This document shows, in pieces, positions 32,260 to 41,722 of a stretch of DNA of 64,000 nucleotides. The stretch is from positions 62,001-126,000 of the forward strand of contig CDROCS010004540.1 in NCBI GenBank assembly GCA_977020255.1. Reading direction: 5' to 3'. Under the pieces are notes generated by a model. It ran no database searches, was not told the origin of the DNA, and saw nothing but the letters and a program-made list of their open reading frames with translations. This DNA is from Obrimoposthia wandeli (taxonomy: Eukaryota). Made by a program: the position numbers and the translations under genes. Within the stretch, counting starts at the first letter, position 1. Each line of letters opens with the position of its first letter.

Positions 32260-33198
32260 ATGTTATCTCGCGTAGCAGAAAGAACATATTGGGCAGCCCG
32301 CTATTTGGAACGTATTGAAAATACCGTTCGACTTATTAGCGTTTATGACAAACTGATGTCTGACCTACCTAGTAGTGTCGGTATTGGTTGGTACAATTTA
32401 ATTACCATAAACAGCGCTGAAGAAGCATTTGATGAACGCTATAAAGTTCAAGATGAGCGCAATGTAATTAAATTTTTATTGAGCGAAGCAAACAACCCTT
32501 GCTCGGTGGTTTCTAACTTAAAGTTTGCCAGAGAAAACTTAAGAACAACTCGTGATGTAGTCCCTGCTCAAATTTGGGTAATGATCAACGAATTGAACAT
32601 GTTTGTGATAGAAAACTTACAGCAAGGTATTAATCGCAGCCAGCGTTTTCACTTTTTGAACGGCGTGATTAAAAGCTGCCAGCAAATCCAAGGTCTTTTA
32701 ATGGGCACCATGCCGCGCGATGCAGTTTGGAGCTTTATGGGTCTTGGACGCAATATTGAACGTGCCGATATGACGACACGTTTATTGGATGCTGGGGTAC
32801 GAGCACAGCTGCAAGTAATGGACGATGCCGAAGCCATTAACAGCCAACAAATAATTTGGGGCCAGGTTTTACGCTCTCTGGACGCCGATCAAAGCTATCG
32901 TCGCACCGTGCGCTCGTCCGTTAAAAGTCAGCTCGTTGCGCGCTATATTATTGAAGACAAGGCATTCCCAAGATCGATCACTTACTGCTTGGCAGCGGTG
33001 AAAGGTTCATTGGAAAGTTTACCGCATCACAAACCGGTTGTGAGTACGGTGAAAAAGATCCAAGAAGAACGCCTCAGTCCAATGGAATACCGCGATCTTG
33101 GCATACCGATGAAAGATTTTCTAAACGACATGCAGTTAGATATAGCTGAGATTCACTCCAGTATTTCCGAGAATTGGTTTACCAACCAACAAGGCTGA
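32260..33198 (+). CDS. Alpha-E domain protein
   Basis: MLSRVAE..YWAARYLERIEN, ARENLR, LGRNIERAD, FPRSI. Confidence 0.92.
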   Translation: MLSRVAERTYWAARYLERIENTVRLISVYDKLMSDLPSSVGIGWYNLITINSAEEAFDERYKVQDERNVIKFLLSEANNPCSVVSNLKFARENLRTTRDVVPAQIWVMINELNMFVIENLQQGINRSQRFHFLNGVIKSCQQIQGLLMGTMPRDAVWSFMGLGRNIERADMTTRLLDAGVRAQLQVMDDAEAINSQQIIWGQVLRSLDADQSYRRTVRSSVKSQLVARYIIEDKAFPRSITYCLAAVKGSLESLPHHKPVVSTVKKIQEERLSPMEYRDLGIPMKDFLNDMQLDIAEIHSSISENWFTNQQG

Positions 33199-33204
33199 AC
33201 ATAA

Positions 33205-36200
33205 ATGACTATCCGTGTTTCTATAAATCATAGAACCAGTTATAAATTTGATCGCCCTGTGAGCCTATCGCCTCACACGGTGAGGCTTCGTCCTGCCCCT
33301 CATAGCAGAACGCCAATTCATAGCTATAGCTTAAAGATTAAACCCGCAGAGCATTTCATTAACTGGCAGCAAGATTCGTTCGGTAACTACTTAGCGCGCT
33401 TGGTTTTCCCAGAAAAATGCACTGAATTTGAAGTCGATGTCGAAGTTATTGCCGACATGACAGTAATCAACCCGTTTGATTTCTTTGTTGAAGAATACGC
33501 TGAATACTTCCCCTTCACGTATCCAAAACAGCTGAAAAAAGAACTACTACCTTACCTAGAAAAAGAGTCTTCAAAAGGTAAGAACTGTGGCTCTTTATTT
33601 AGAAAGCGCTTAAAAGAAGTTAATACAAATAAGCAACGTATTAACGATTTTCTCGTTGAAATCAATCAGCAAGTACAGCAAGAAATTGAATATTTAGTAC
33701 GTCTTGAGCCTGGTGTACAATCACCGGAAGAAACCCTCGAAAGTGCAAAAGGCTCTTGTCGTGATTCTGCTTGGCTACTCGTTCAATTACTTCGTCATTT
33801 AGGTTTGGCAGCGCGCTTTGCATCCGGTTATTTGGTGCAACTAAAAGCCGATGAACAATCCTTAGATGGCCCATCGGGTACAGAAGAGGACTTCACCGAT
33901 CTTCATGCTTGGTGTGAAGTTTTTTTACCGGGCGCCGGCTGGGTGGGTCTTGATCCTACTTCGGGTTTGTTTGCCAGCGAAGGTCACATTCCATTAGCGT
34001 GTACTCCACATCCCGTATCGGCTGCGCCTATCGCAGGTTTCACCGATGAGTGTGAAGTTGAATTTGATTTCAGCAATACCGTAACCCGAGTTTTAGAAGA
34101 TCCTCGTGTCACCAAGCCTTATAGCGAAGACCAATGGCAAGATATATTGGCACTCGGGGCTAGTGTTGATAAAGAATTTGAAAAGAATGATGTTCGCCTC
34201 ACCATGGGTGGTGAACCGACGTTCGTTTCGATCGATGATATGGAATCGGGACAATGGAATACCGATGCTCTAGGTGACGATAAACTGTCTCTAGCAAAAA
34301 CGTTATTACTACGAATTCGAGATCGCTTTGCACCTAATGGTTTGGTCCATTATGGACAAGGCAAGTGGTATCCTGGCGAAGAAATTCCGCGCTGGGCGTT
34401 GGGCGTTTTTTGGCGTAAAGATGGCGAGCCTCTTTGGACTCAAGCCAGCAGCCTTGCACGTATTGATAAAGACTATGGGCATACGATTAAAGATGCCTGC
34501 CGTCTAAGTCACGCGCTTTGCACCTTGCTAGAAATTCCTGGCGCACACTGTCAGCCAGCCTATGAAGATGCTTTGCACTATCTGCAAAAAGAACAATCGC
34601 TGCCTAAGAACATCGATTTATTGGCGCAAAACGTCAAATCAGATTTAGATCGCCGACGCCTAGCTGCGCTTATCGATCGTGGCATCAGCGTGCCGAGTGG
34701 TTTGGTTATTCCTATTGGTCGCGGTGACGGTGACAAACAGTGGAAGAGCAGTGTTTGGCCAATGAAGCGCGAAAGAATTGTATTAATTCCAGGCGACTCC
34801 CCTATGGGTCTGCGCTTGCCGTTAAACGATTTACCTTCGCTGGCTAAAGCAGACCAAGAACTGCCGATTCAACGTGATCCTTTTGCACCGCGAGATCCAC
34901 TGGTAAAACGTACCGACATTCGTTTTGCTAGCCCGATTCCAACGCAAAGCGAATTAAGCGCAGCGGAACAAGCTTTATTAGCCAACAAGCAGATTGATCA
35001 AGAGCTTAAAAAAGATCCTGAGTGGAAAGAAGTCGTTCGCACAGCCATGTGTATTGAAGCGCGCGAAGGCCGTCTTCATATATTCATGCCACCACTAGAA
35101 TACTTAGAAGACTACATTGTTCTGGTTGCTGCGATTGAAGAAGCCGCTACGAAGTTATCGTTACCTGTCATTATTGAAGGTTATGAGCCACCTCGTGATC
35201 CGCGCTTATTAAAATTGCTAGTCACTCCAGATCCAGGCGTTATTGAAGTGAATGTTCACCCGTCTGATAACTGGGAACAGCTCGTCGAGACCACCACGAA
35301 ACTGTATGAAGAAGCTCGTTTATCGCGCTTATCTACAGAGAAGTTCATGCTCGATGGTCGTCATACCGGCACCGGCGGTGGCAACCACATCACGCTCGGT
35401 GGCGCATCACCAGAAGATAGCCCGCTATTACGTCGTCCTGATTTATTGCGCAGCTTTATTACCTTCTGGCAGCACCACCCTAGCTTGTCTTACATGTTCT
35501 CTGGCATGTTCTTGGGCCCCACCAGCCAAGCGCCACGGGTTGATGAAGGCCGTGATGAGATGTTGTACGAGCTGGAAATCGCCTTCTCGCAAATGACCGA
35601 AGAAGAAGCAACTCAGCCTTGGTTAGTTGACCGCTTATTGCGTAATTTATTAATCGACATTACCGGTAATACCCACCGCTCTGAGTTCTGTATTGATAAA
35701 CTTTACTCACCAAGCAGTGCCAGTGGTCGCTTAGGAATTTTAGAATTCCGTGGCTTTGAAATGCCGCCGCACAGCCGCATGGCATTGGTGCAGTCGTTAT
35801 TGATCAGAACGCTACTGGCACGTTTCTGGAAAGAACCGTACAAAAAACCGTTAGTCCGCTGGGGCACGGCGCTGCATGATCGCTTCATGATGCCGCACCA
35901 TATCTGGCAAGACATGAAAGACGTTATTGCCGACTTACAAGACCACGGCTACCCATTCGAACTTGATTGGTTAGCACCGTTTGAAGAATTCCGTTTTCCT
36001 CATTATGGTCGCGTTAAGCTGGATAATATTGAGCTTGAATTGCGCTGGGCGATTGAACCTTGGCATGTACTTGGTGAAGAAAGCAGCAGCTTTGGCACGG
36101 CGCGTTATGTCGACTCATCAGTTGAACGTTTGCAGATTAAAGCAACGGGCCTCACCGATGGCCGCTACGTATTAACCTGTAATGGCCGTCGTGTGCCGTT

Positions 36201-36552
36201 GATTAATACTGAGCGCCATGGCGAGTATGTCGGTGCTGTTCGCTACCGTGCATGGCAGCCACCTTCGGCGCTTCATCCACGTATTAGCCCTCATGTACCC
36301 TTGATCTTTGATGTCATCGATACGTGGAACGGCAAGTCGATGGGCGGGTGTAGCTATCACGTATCGCATCCTGGTGGACGTAGTTACGAGGCTTTCCCAG
36401 TTAACTCGTTTGAAGCAGAATCACGACGCATCAATCGCTTTGAGAAGCTGAGCCATACGCAAAGCCATAATAAAAAGCTTGAGCCTCTGCGCGAAGAACC
36501 CACTAACGAGTATCCTCACACGTTAGACTTGCGCAGACCGATAGATTGCTAG
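33205..36552 (+). CDS. Transglutaminase fused to DUF2126 (putative amidoligase)
   Basis: GSCRDSAW / DLHAW / LDPT triad, LTMGGEPTFV, PDPGVIEVN, TGGGNH, NTHRSEFCIDK, EFRGFEMPP. Confidence 0.93.
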   Translation: MTIRVSINHRTSYKFDRPVSLSPHTVRLRPAPHSRTPIHSYSLKIKPAEHFINWQQDSFGNYLARLVFPEKCTEFEVDVEVIADMTVINPFDFFVEEYAEYFPFTYPKQLKKELLPYLEKESSKGKNCGSLFRKRLKEVNTNKQRINDFLVEINQQVQQEIEYLVRLEPGVQSPEETLESAKGSCRDSAWLLVQLLRHLGLAARFASGYLVQLKADEQSLDGPSGTEEDFTDLHAWCEVFLPGAGWVGLDPTSGLFASEGHIPLACTPHPVSAAPIAGFTDECEVEFDFSNTVTRVLEDPRVTKPYSEDQWQDILALGASVDKEFEKNDVRLTMGGEPTFVSIDDMESGQWNTDALGDDKLSLAKTLLLRIRDRFAPNGLVHYGQGKWYPGEEIPRWALGVFWRKDGEPLWTQASSLARIDKDYGHTIKDACRLSHALCTLLEIPGAHCQPAYEDALHYLQKEQSLPKNIDLLAQNVKSDLDRRRLAALIDRGISVPSGLVIPIGRGDGDKQWKSSVWPMKRERIVLIPGDSPMGLRLPLNDLPSLAKADQELPIQRDPFAPRDPLVKRTDIRFASPIPTQSELSAAEQALLANKQIDQELKKDPEWKEVVRTAMCIEAREGRLHIFMPPLEYLEDYIVLVAAIEEAATKLSLPVIIEGYEPPRDPRLLKLLVTPDPGVIEVNVHPSDNWEQLVETTTKLYEEARLSRLSTEKFMLDGRHTGTGGGNHITLGGASPEDSPLLRRPDLLRSFITFWQHHPSLSYMFSGMFLGPTSQAPRVDEGRDEMLYELEIAFSQMTEEEATQPWLVDRLLRNLLIDITGNTHRSEFCIDKLYSPSSASGRLGILEFRGFEMPPHSRMALVQSLLIRTLLARFWKEPYKKPLVRWGTALHDRFMMPHHIWQDMKDVIADLQDHGYPFELDWLAPFEEFRFPHYGRVKLDNIELELRWAIEPWHVLGEESSSFGTARYVDSSVERLQIKATGLTDGRYVLTCNGRRVPLINTERHGEYVGAVRYRAWQPPSALHPRISPHVPLIFDVIDTWNGKSMGGCSYHVSHPGGRSYEAFPVNSFEAESRRINRFEKLSHTQSHNKKLEPLREEPTNEYPHTLDLRRPIDC

Positions 36553-36589
36553 TCACTTTATCGCGAGTTCGATAAGTCACATGAATTCA

Positions 36590-36617
36590 GGAACCTTCTT
36601 ATGAAGGTTCCGTTTTC
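36590..36617 (+). terminator. Possible intrinsic terminator
   Basis: GGAACCTTC-TTAT-GAAGGTTCC followed by GTTTTC. Confidence 0.5.
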
Positions 36618-36723
36618 TACGTGATACTCAATTTAAAAATAGGTATATAATGCCGCCTCGCTTAACAAAGCACTCAATCCCCCTTGGTTGAGCCAATATA
36701 TCATCGTCATCAGGTAGGCATTT

Positions 36724-39348
36724 GTGTCCGAACCCATCTATCCCCAGAACCAGCCTTTACCTCAGCCTCAATTACAGATGCAGGCTCAAACACAGTCGCA
36801 AACCCAAGGACAAACACAAAGCAGTACTGAAAACCTGAATTATAATCGCCCAGCTGCCGGCATACCCGATCAGGTTTACACTCCCGACGGCGCCATCAAG
36901 CCAGAATGGGATTATTTACTCAGTAGCCTAAACAACCTAGGGGCCACCGCCCTTAACGAACGCCAAGATAAAGCACGTCGCATTTTACGTGATGATGGTG
37001 TTACCTATAATATTTATGATGAAAGTGCCACGTCCAATAGCCAATGGGAACTGGATCTTGTACCTGCCATTATTGGCAGCGAAGCGTGGTCAGTCATTGA
37101 ATCAGGGTTACTTGAGCGCGCCGAACTGTTTAATTTAATGCTACGAGATTTTTACGGCTCAAGAACATTACTCAAACAGCACGCGCTTCCTCCAGAAGCC
37201 TTATTTGCTCATGGCGGTTTTTTACGCGCCTGCCAAGGCATACAAATTCCGGGCGAGCACGAACTGATTCTTCACTCCGCCGATATGGTGCAGCGACCCG
37301 ACGGCAGCATGTGTGTATTGTCCGACCGTACTCAAGCACCGAGTGGTGCTGGCTATGTGCTAGAAAACCGCACCGTGATGTCACGGGTATTTCCTAGTCT
37401 ATTCCGCGACAGCCACGTTCATAGACTGGCCAGCTTCTTTCAGCGCTTACGCCATAAACTGATTTCGCTATCGCCTTCGAATGGCCAAGCACGCGTCGTC
37501 GTTTTAACCCCTGGTGCGCACAATGAAACCTACTTTGATCACTCTTACATCTCTAATTATTTAGGTTTTCCACTGGTTCAAAGTGGTGACCTTGTAGTCA
37601 GAAATGGTTTTGTTTGGATGAAGTCTTTAGATGGGCTTGATCGCGTCGACGTTATTTTAAGACGGGTTGATGATGTTTCTTGTGACCCTGTTGAGCTGCG
37701 CAGCAATTCTCAATTAGGTGTGCCGGGCTTACTCGATGTCGTTCGAGCTGGCCGTGTGATTATGGCGAACCCTCTAGGCTCAGGCGTACTCGAAAATCCA
37801 ATCCTGCTAAAATATCTGCCAGCGATTAGTAAGACACTACTAGGAAGAGAGCCGCGTTTAGACTCGGTTAAAACCTATTGGTGCGGCGACCCTGAGGATT
37901 TAAAATTTGTCAGTGCCAACTTCAAACAGCTAATTATTAAACCTATTTATCGTGGCCACGGTTTAAAGAGCGTTTTTGGCGGTGATCTTAGCGAAGCCGA
38001 TGCGGCTGATTTATTGCTAAAAATCAATCATCAGCCCAATCAATTCGTCGCCCAAGAGCGCATTGATAAACCTCATGTACCGTCATTAATCAACGGCACA
38101 CTGCAACCGAGACCCGCCATTCTTCGTACCTTCTCTGTTGCCGCCGATAATTCCTATATTGTCATGCCTGGTGGTTTAACTCGCGTTGGTAATGAAGTTA
38201 GTAGCCCAATCATTAGCATGCAAGCGGGCTGTCCGAGTAAAGATACTTGGATCACTGCGACTGAACCCGAACGCATTAGCGATCACGACCCTCTTGAAGC
38301 AGGACAAGCCGAGCTTGAAGCGTCCTTGGTGAGCTTGCCGAGTCGAGTCGTGGAAAACCTATTTTGGATGGGACGTTACGCCGAACGAGCTGAAGCTTCA
38401 CTGCGCATACTCAGAACCGTCTTTCTGATGATTAATGATGAGCAGGCCATCAGCAAAGCATCACAACGCATATTACTGCGTTCAATTACGGAAGTAACCG
38501 GCACTCACCCCGGCTTTTTGAATGCGACCGATGAAGAACTCGATAACCCTGAAGAAGAACTGCTATTAATTATCAAAGATGGCAATCGTGCAGGCAGCAT
38601 CAAATCGACAATCAACTCATTATTATATTGCGCTGACGAATCGAAAGAACTGCTCTCTTCAGACACCATTCGAGTGATCAACGATATTCGAGACGAACTG
38701 GATAACTTAGAGTCATCGCTGGCCAATGGCTTATCTTCCGCTCCAGAAGAAGCGTTAGATCCACTGGTAATTCCACTGATTGCTCTGTCAGGTTTAATGC
38801 AGGAAAGTATGGTTCGCGGAGTAGGCTGGCACTTCATGGACATGGGCCGCCGTGTTGAACGTGCGGTGCAAATAATGAAAACGGTAACCACGTTGGTTAC
38901 CCCCGAGACGGAGAATGCTGATAACGTAACGCTACTAAACGCCATGTTGCGCTCGATGGAAGTATTCATTACTTACCGTCGTCAAAGCAGAACACGCACC
39001 GGCATAGAATTAGGACTGGAACTCGTCATATTAGACGATACCAACCCAAGATCGTTAATTTTCCAATTCGAAAGACTGCAAAATCACTTTACCGCAATAC
39101 GCACAATAGACTCTAACCTCAAAGGGCTAGAAGAAGAGGAGCGTGTTTTATTGGAGGCTGTCACCAGTATCAAACTGTCACGCATCGCGGCCTTAGCCGC
39201 AAGCGAAGAGGGATCAAGAAAAGAACTTTCTACCTTACTGACACGCCTAAATACATTACTGTCAGACTTTAGCAATATTCTAAGCGATAAGTACTTCGAT
39301 CACCGCATCGATCCTCAACAACTTGTTACTACTTTCTGGGAGGACTAA
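36724..39348 (+). CDS. Circularly permuted ATP-grasp fused to alpha-E domain
   Basis: GTG start, Gln/Thr-rich N-terminus, WELDLVP, DRTQAPSGAGY, ILRRVDD, MPGGLTR, SKDTW, LPSRVVENLFWMGRYAERAE. Confidence 0.92.
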   Translation: MSEPIYPQNQPLPQPQLQMQAQTQSQTQGQTQSSTENLNYNRPAAGIPDQVYTPDGAIKPEWDYLLSSLNNLGATALNERQDKARRILRDDGVTYNIYDESATSNSQWELDLVPAIIGSEAWSVIESGLLERAELFNLMLRDFYGSRTLLKQHALPPEALFAHGGFLRACQGIQIPGEHELILHSADMVQRPDGSMCVLSDRTQAPSGAGYVLENRTVMSRVFPSLFRDSHVHRLASFFQRLRHKLISLSPSNGQARVVVLTPGAHNETYFDHSYISNYLGFPLVQSGDLVVRNGFVWMKSLDGLDRVDVILRRVDDVSCDPVELRSNSQLGVPGLLDVVRAGRVIMANPLGSGVLENPILLKYLPAISKTLLGREPRLDSVKTYWCGDPEDLKFVSANFKQLIIKPIYRGHGLKSVFGGDLSEADAADLLLKINHQPNQFVAQERIDKPHVPSLINGTLQPRPAILRTFSVAADNSYIVMPGGLTRVGNEVSSPIISMQAGCPSKDTWITATEPERISDHDPLEAGQAELEASLVSLPSRVVENLFWMGRYAERAEASLRILRTVFLMINDEQAISKASQRILLRSITEVTGTHPGFLNATDEELDNPEEELLLIIKDGNRAGSIKSTINSLLYCADESKELLSSDTIRVINDIRDELDNLESSLANGLSSAPEEALDPLVIPLIALSGLMQESMVRGVGWHFMDMGRRVERAVQIMKTVTTLVTPETENADNVTLLNAMLRSMEVFITYRRQSRTRTGIELGLELVILDDTNPRSLIFQFERLQNHFTAIRTIDSNLKGLEEEERVLLEAVTSIKLSRIAALAASEEGSRKELSTLLTRLNTLLSDFSNILSDKYFDHRIDPQQLVTTFWED

Positions 39349-39425
39349 TAGCATGATCTTTTTTAAAATATTTTTTATACACCCGTGCTGTTCGTCTACC
39401 CCATTAATAGTAAAGGAGTCTTAAG

Positions 39426-40328
39426 ATGCGTTACCAAGTTAGGCATATAACGAAATACAAATACGCGGGCAAGGTTTCTCATTGTTATAACTTGGCGAAT
39501 CTTTTGCCGAGAAATACTGCGCGGCAAACCTGTTTAGAAAGCCGAATTATAATTTCACCTCAAGAAACCCACGCGAATAAACGTACCGATTATTTTGGCA
39601 ATAACAGCTATCATTTCGAAATTCAAACGCCCCACAGCGAGTTATCCATTACCGCCGAAAGCATCATCGACGTTGCAGAAACACGAACCGAGTTAAATCA
39701 CGAGTTTGGAATAAGCTATGCGAATGCACTGAATTTTCTAAAAGAAACGCCTTCCATCGACGTTATTAAAGCGCGTGAATTCTGTTTAGACTCACCCATG
39801 GTTAAAGCCAGTAAAGAGCTGGCAGACTATGCTAGCCCGTCGTTTTCATTATCACGTCCGCTGTATACCTGTGTGGAAGAATTAACCAGCCGAATCTTTC
39901 AAGACTTCACCTATACTCCAGGTTTTACCAATATCGCCACCCCGTTAACAGAAGTATTAGCTCATAAAAAAGGAGTCTGCCAAGACTTTGCTCACCTACA
40001 AGTAGGGTGCTTACGGGCCATGGGGATTCCCGCAAAATATGTGTCGGGCTATATGGAAACCTTACCACCACCAGGCCAAGAAAAACTGGTCGGCGCCGAT
40101 GCAACGCATGCTTGGATTGCGTATTATTCACCGCAAGAAGGCTGGATTGAATTTGATCCTACTAATGATGTGCGCGCAGGAACTCAGCATATCGTAACCG
40201 CAGAAGGTCGCGACTACTATGATGTTACACCGCTAAAAGGCGTGATTTTTGGAGGTGGAAAAAGTCCGATTTTAGAAGTATCGGTTGATGTGTCGCGTAA
40301 ACCTGATGGCTTTAATGGTAAAAAGTAG
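39426..40328 (+). CDS. Transglutaminase-family protein
   Basis: GVCQDFAH / ATHAW / FDPTN triad, GRDYYDVTPLKG. Confidence 0.93.
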   Translation: MRYQVRHITKYKYAGKVSHCYNLANLLPRNTARQTCLESRIIISPQETHANKRTDYFGNNSYHFEIQTPHSELSITAESIIDVAETRTELNHEFGISYANALNFLKETPSIDVIKAREFCLDSPMVKASKELADYASPSFSLSRPLYTCVEELTSRIFQDFTYTPGFTNIATPLTEVLAHKKGVCQDFAHLQVGCLRAMGIPAKYVSGYMETLPPPGQEKLVGADATHAWIAYYSPQEGWIEFDPTNDVRAGTQHIVTAEGRDYYDVTPLKGVIFGGGKSPILEVSVDVSRKPDGFNGKK

Positions 40329-40415
40329 CGGCCGCTAAAAGCGACGCGCTACTTAAAGGATCTGCGCGCAGTCTTTTAGGCAGCGCGAAGACTTTATGAG
40401 TAAGGGTTGTAAACG

Positions 40416-41612
40416 TTAACTCTCTTCCGTTTCTACCACTAACTCAGGCATACGATTCAATCTGTCATGAATAGCATGATGAATAAACGACAGTTTGGTG
40501 CGTACTGGCTGAGTTAATACAAACGGATAAGCATCACTCATTCCCATGCTGCGATTCAATGAATTAAGAATAATGGCAAAGTCTGTCCAGGTATCCAAAA
40601 TATTAGTAATCGACGTTTGCGCGGAAAAGAAATAAGCATCTTGCGGCAGTGTTAAGTCTTCAACTTCTTCCGTTTCTTCAGCATTGCCAATGGTCGAACC
40701 TGTAATGGAAAAATTCTTCGCGGTCTCTAAAGTATCCATAATGTGCATATAATGCGACCAAGTCTCGGCCCAGTCTTCATAAGCGTGCATGGTGGCATAT
40801 TCGCTAATGTACGAATCGCGCCAGCTCTCAGGAGCACCATCTTTATAATGTTTGTCCATCGCGTCTTTGTAAGACAGCTCATCATCACCAAAGTATTGCT
40901 TACATAACGCATGTTTTTGCGGTGAACCCGCAATTAATTTATCGAAATAATAATGGCCTAATTCATGGCGAAAATGCCCCAACAAAGTACGGTACTTTTC
41001 ACCCATCGCCAGCTTTGTATGAGAACGAGCAACATCATCGGCTTCCGCTAGGTTAATGGTGATATGCCCACAATCATGGCCAGTAAATACTGCATCTTGG
41101 TTTTTTAATGTGCTGGCGAAGTGATCGTTTACATCGCGGTCAGTAGTAAAATCAAAACTGAGTCCACTGTCTGGATTCTGAGCAATCGTTTCCAATGGCA
41201 GCTTCATTGATTTCAGAGTATACAAAGCACGGCGCTTAGCGACTTCCATTTTTTTCCACAATGGAATGTGTTCAACAATACTTAAATCTGGAATGGTTTC
41301 ATTAAAACGGCAGGCGAAACACAATACCTCATCTTCACCTTCAACAGGCACAAAGGTATTCAAATTAACCATGCCCGTACAGGTTTTGTAATCGGCATGG
41401 TTATCACATTTCTGGTAACGAACTTCTGGATCTGCGGCCTTGAAATATTGACCACTGGTTTCGTCTAAATCATAAGGTTCTACATTATCGAACTTGTCAT
41501 CTAAACCAACGACACGCTCACAGGCAATACAGCTACTACTTTCAAAAAATAAGATCTGATGATCTTTGCAATCACATTTAAAGGTTTTCATACAAATACT
41601 CAACGCACACAA
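40416..41612 (-). CDS. Zinc-ribbon plus putative zinc metallopeptidase
   Basis: FKCDC..FFESSSCIAC ribbon, YRTLLGHFRHELGHYY (HExxH), YATMHAYEDWAETW. Likely start MKTF at 41591. Confidence 0.88.
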   Translation of the reverse strand: MCALSICMKTFKCDCKDHQILFFESSSCIACERVVGLDDKFDNVEPYDLDETSGQYFKAADPEVRYQKCDNHADYKTCTGMVNLNTFVPVEGEDEVLCFACRFNETIPDLSIVEHIPLWKKMEVAKRRALYTLKSMKLPLETIAQNPDSGLSFDFTTDRDVNDHFASTLKNQDAVFTGHDCGHITINLAEADDVARSHTKLAMGEKYRTLLGHFRHELGHYYFDKLIAGSPQKHALCKQYFGDDELSYKDAMDKHYKDGAPESWRDSYISEYATMHAYEDWAETWSHYMHIMDTLETAKNFSITGSTIGNAEETEEVEDLTLPQDAYFFSAQTSITNILDTWTDFAIILNSLNRSMGMSDAYPFVLTQPVRTKLSFIHHAIHDRLNRMPELVVETEES

Positions 41613-41722
41613 AAAGGTATAAGAATAATCAGACTTAGAAGGAAATTTTTATTTAATGCTCTATAAAATTCCACCCTATAAATTTCCGCTCCATTAAAGC
41701 GCTATAACGCCCCGAAACCTAA

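Noticed and set aside
40329-40400. REP-like element between convergent genes
   Set aside because: Only a loose inverted repeat with no second copy in the window; more likely a weak bidirectional terminator.
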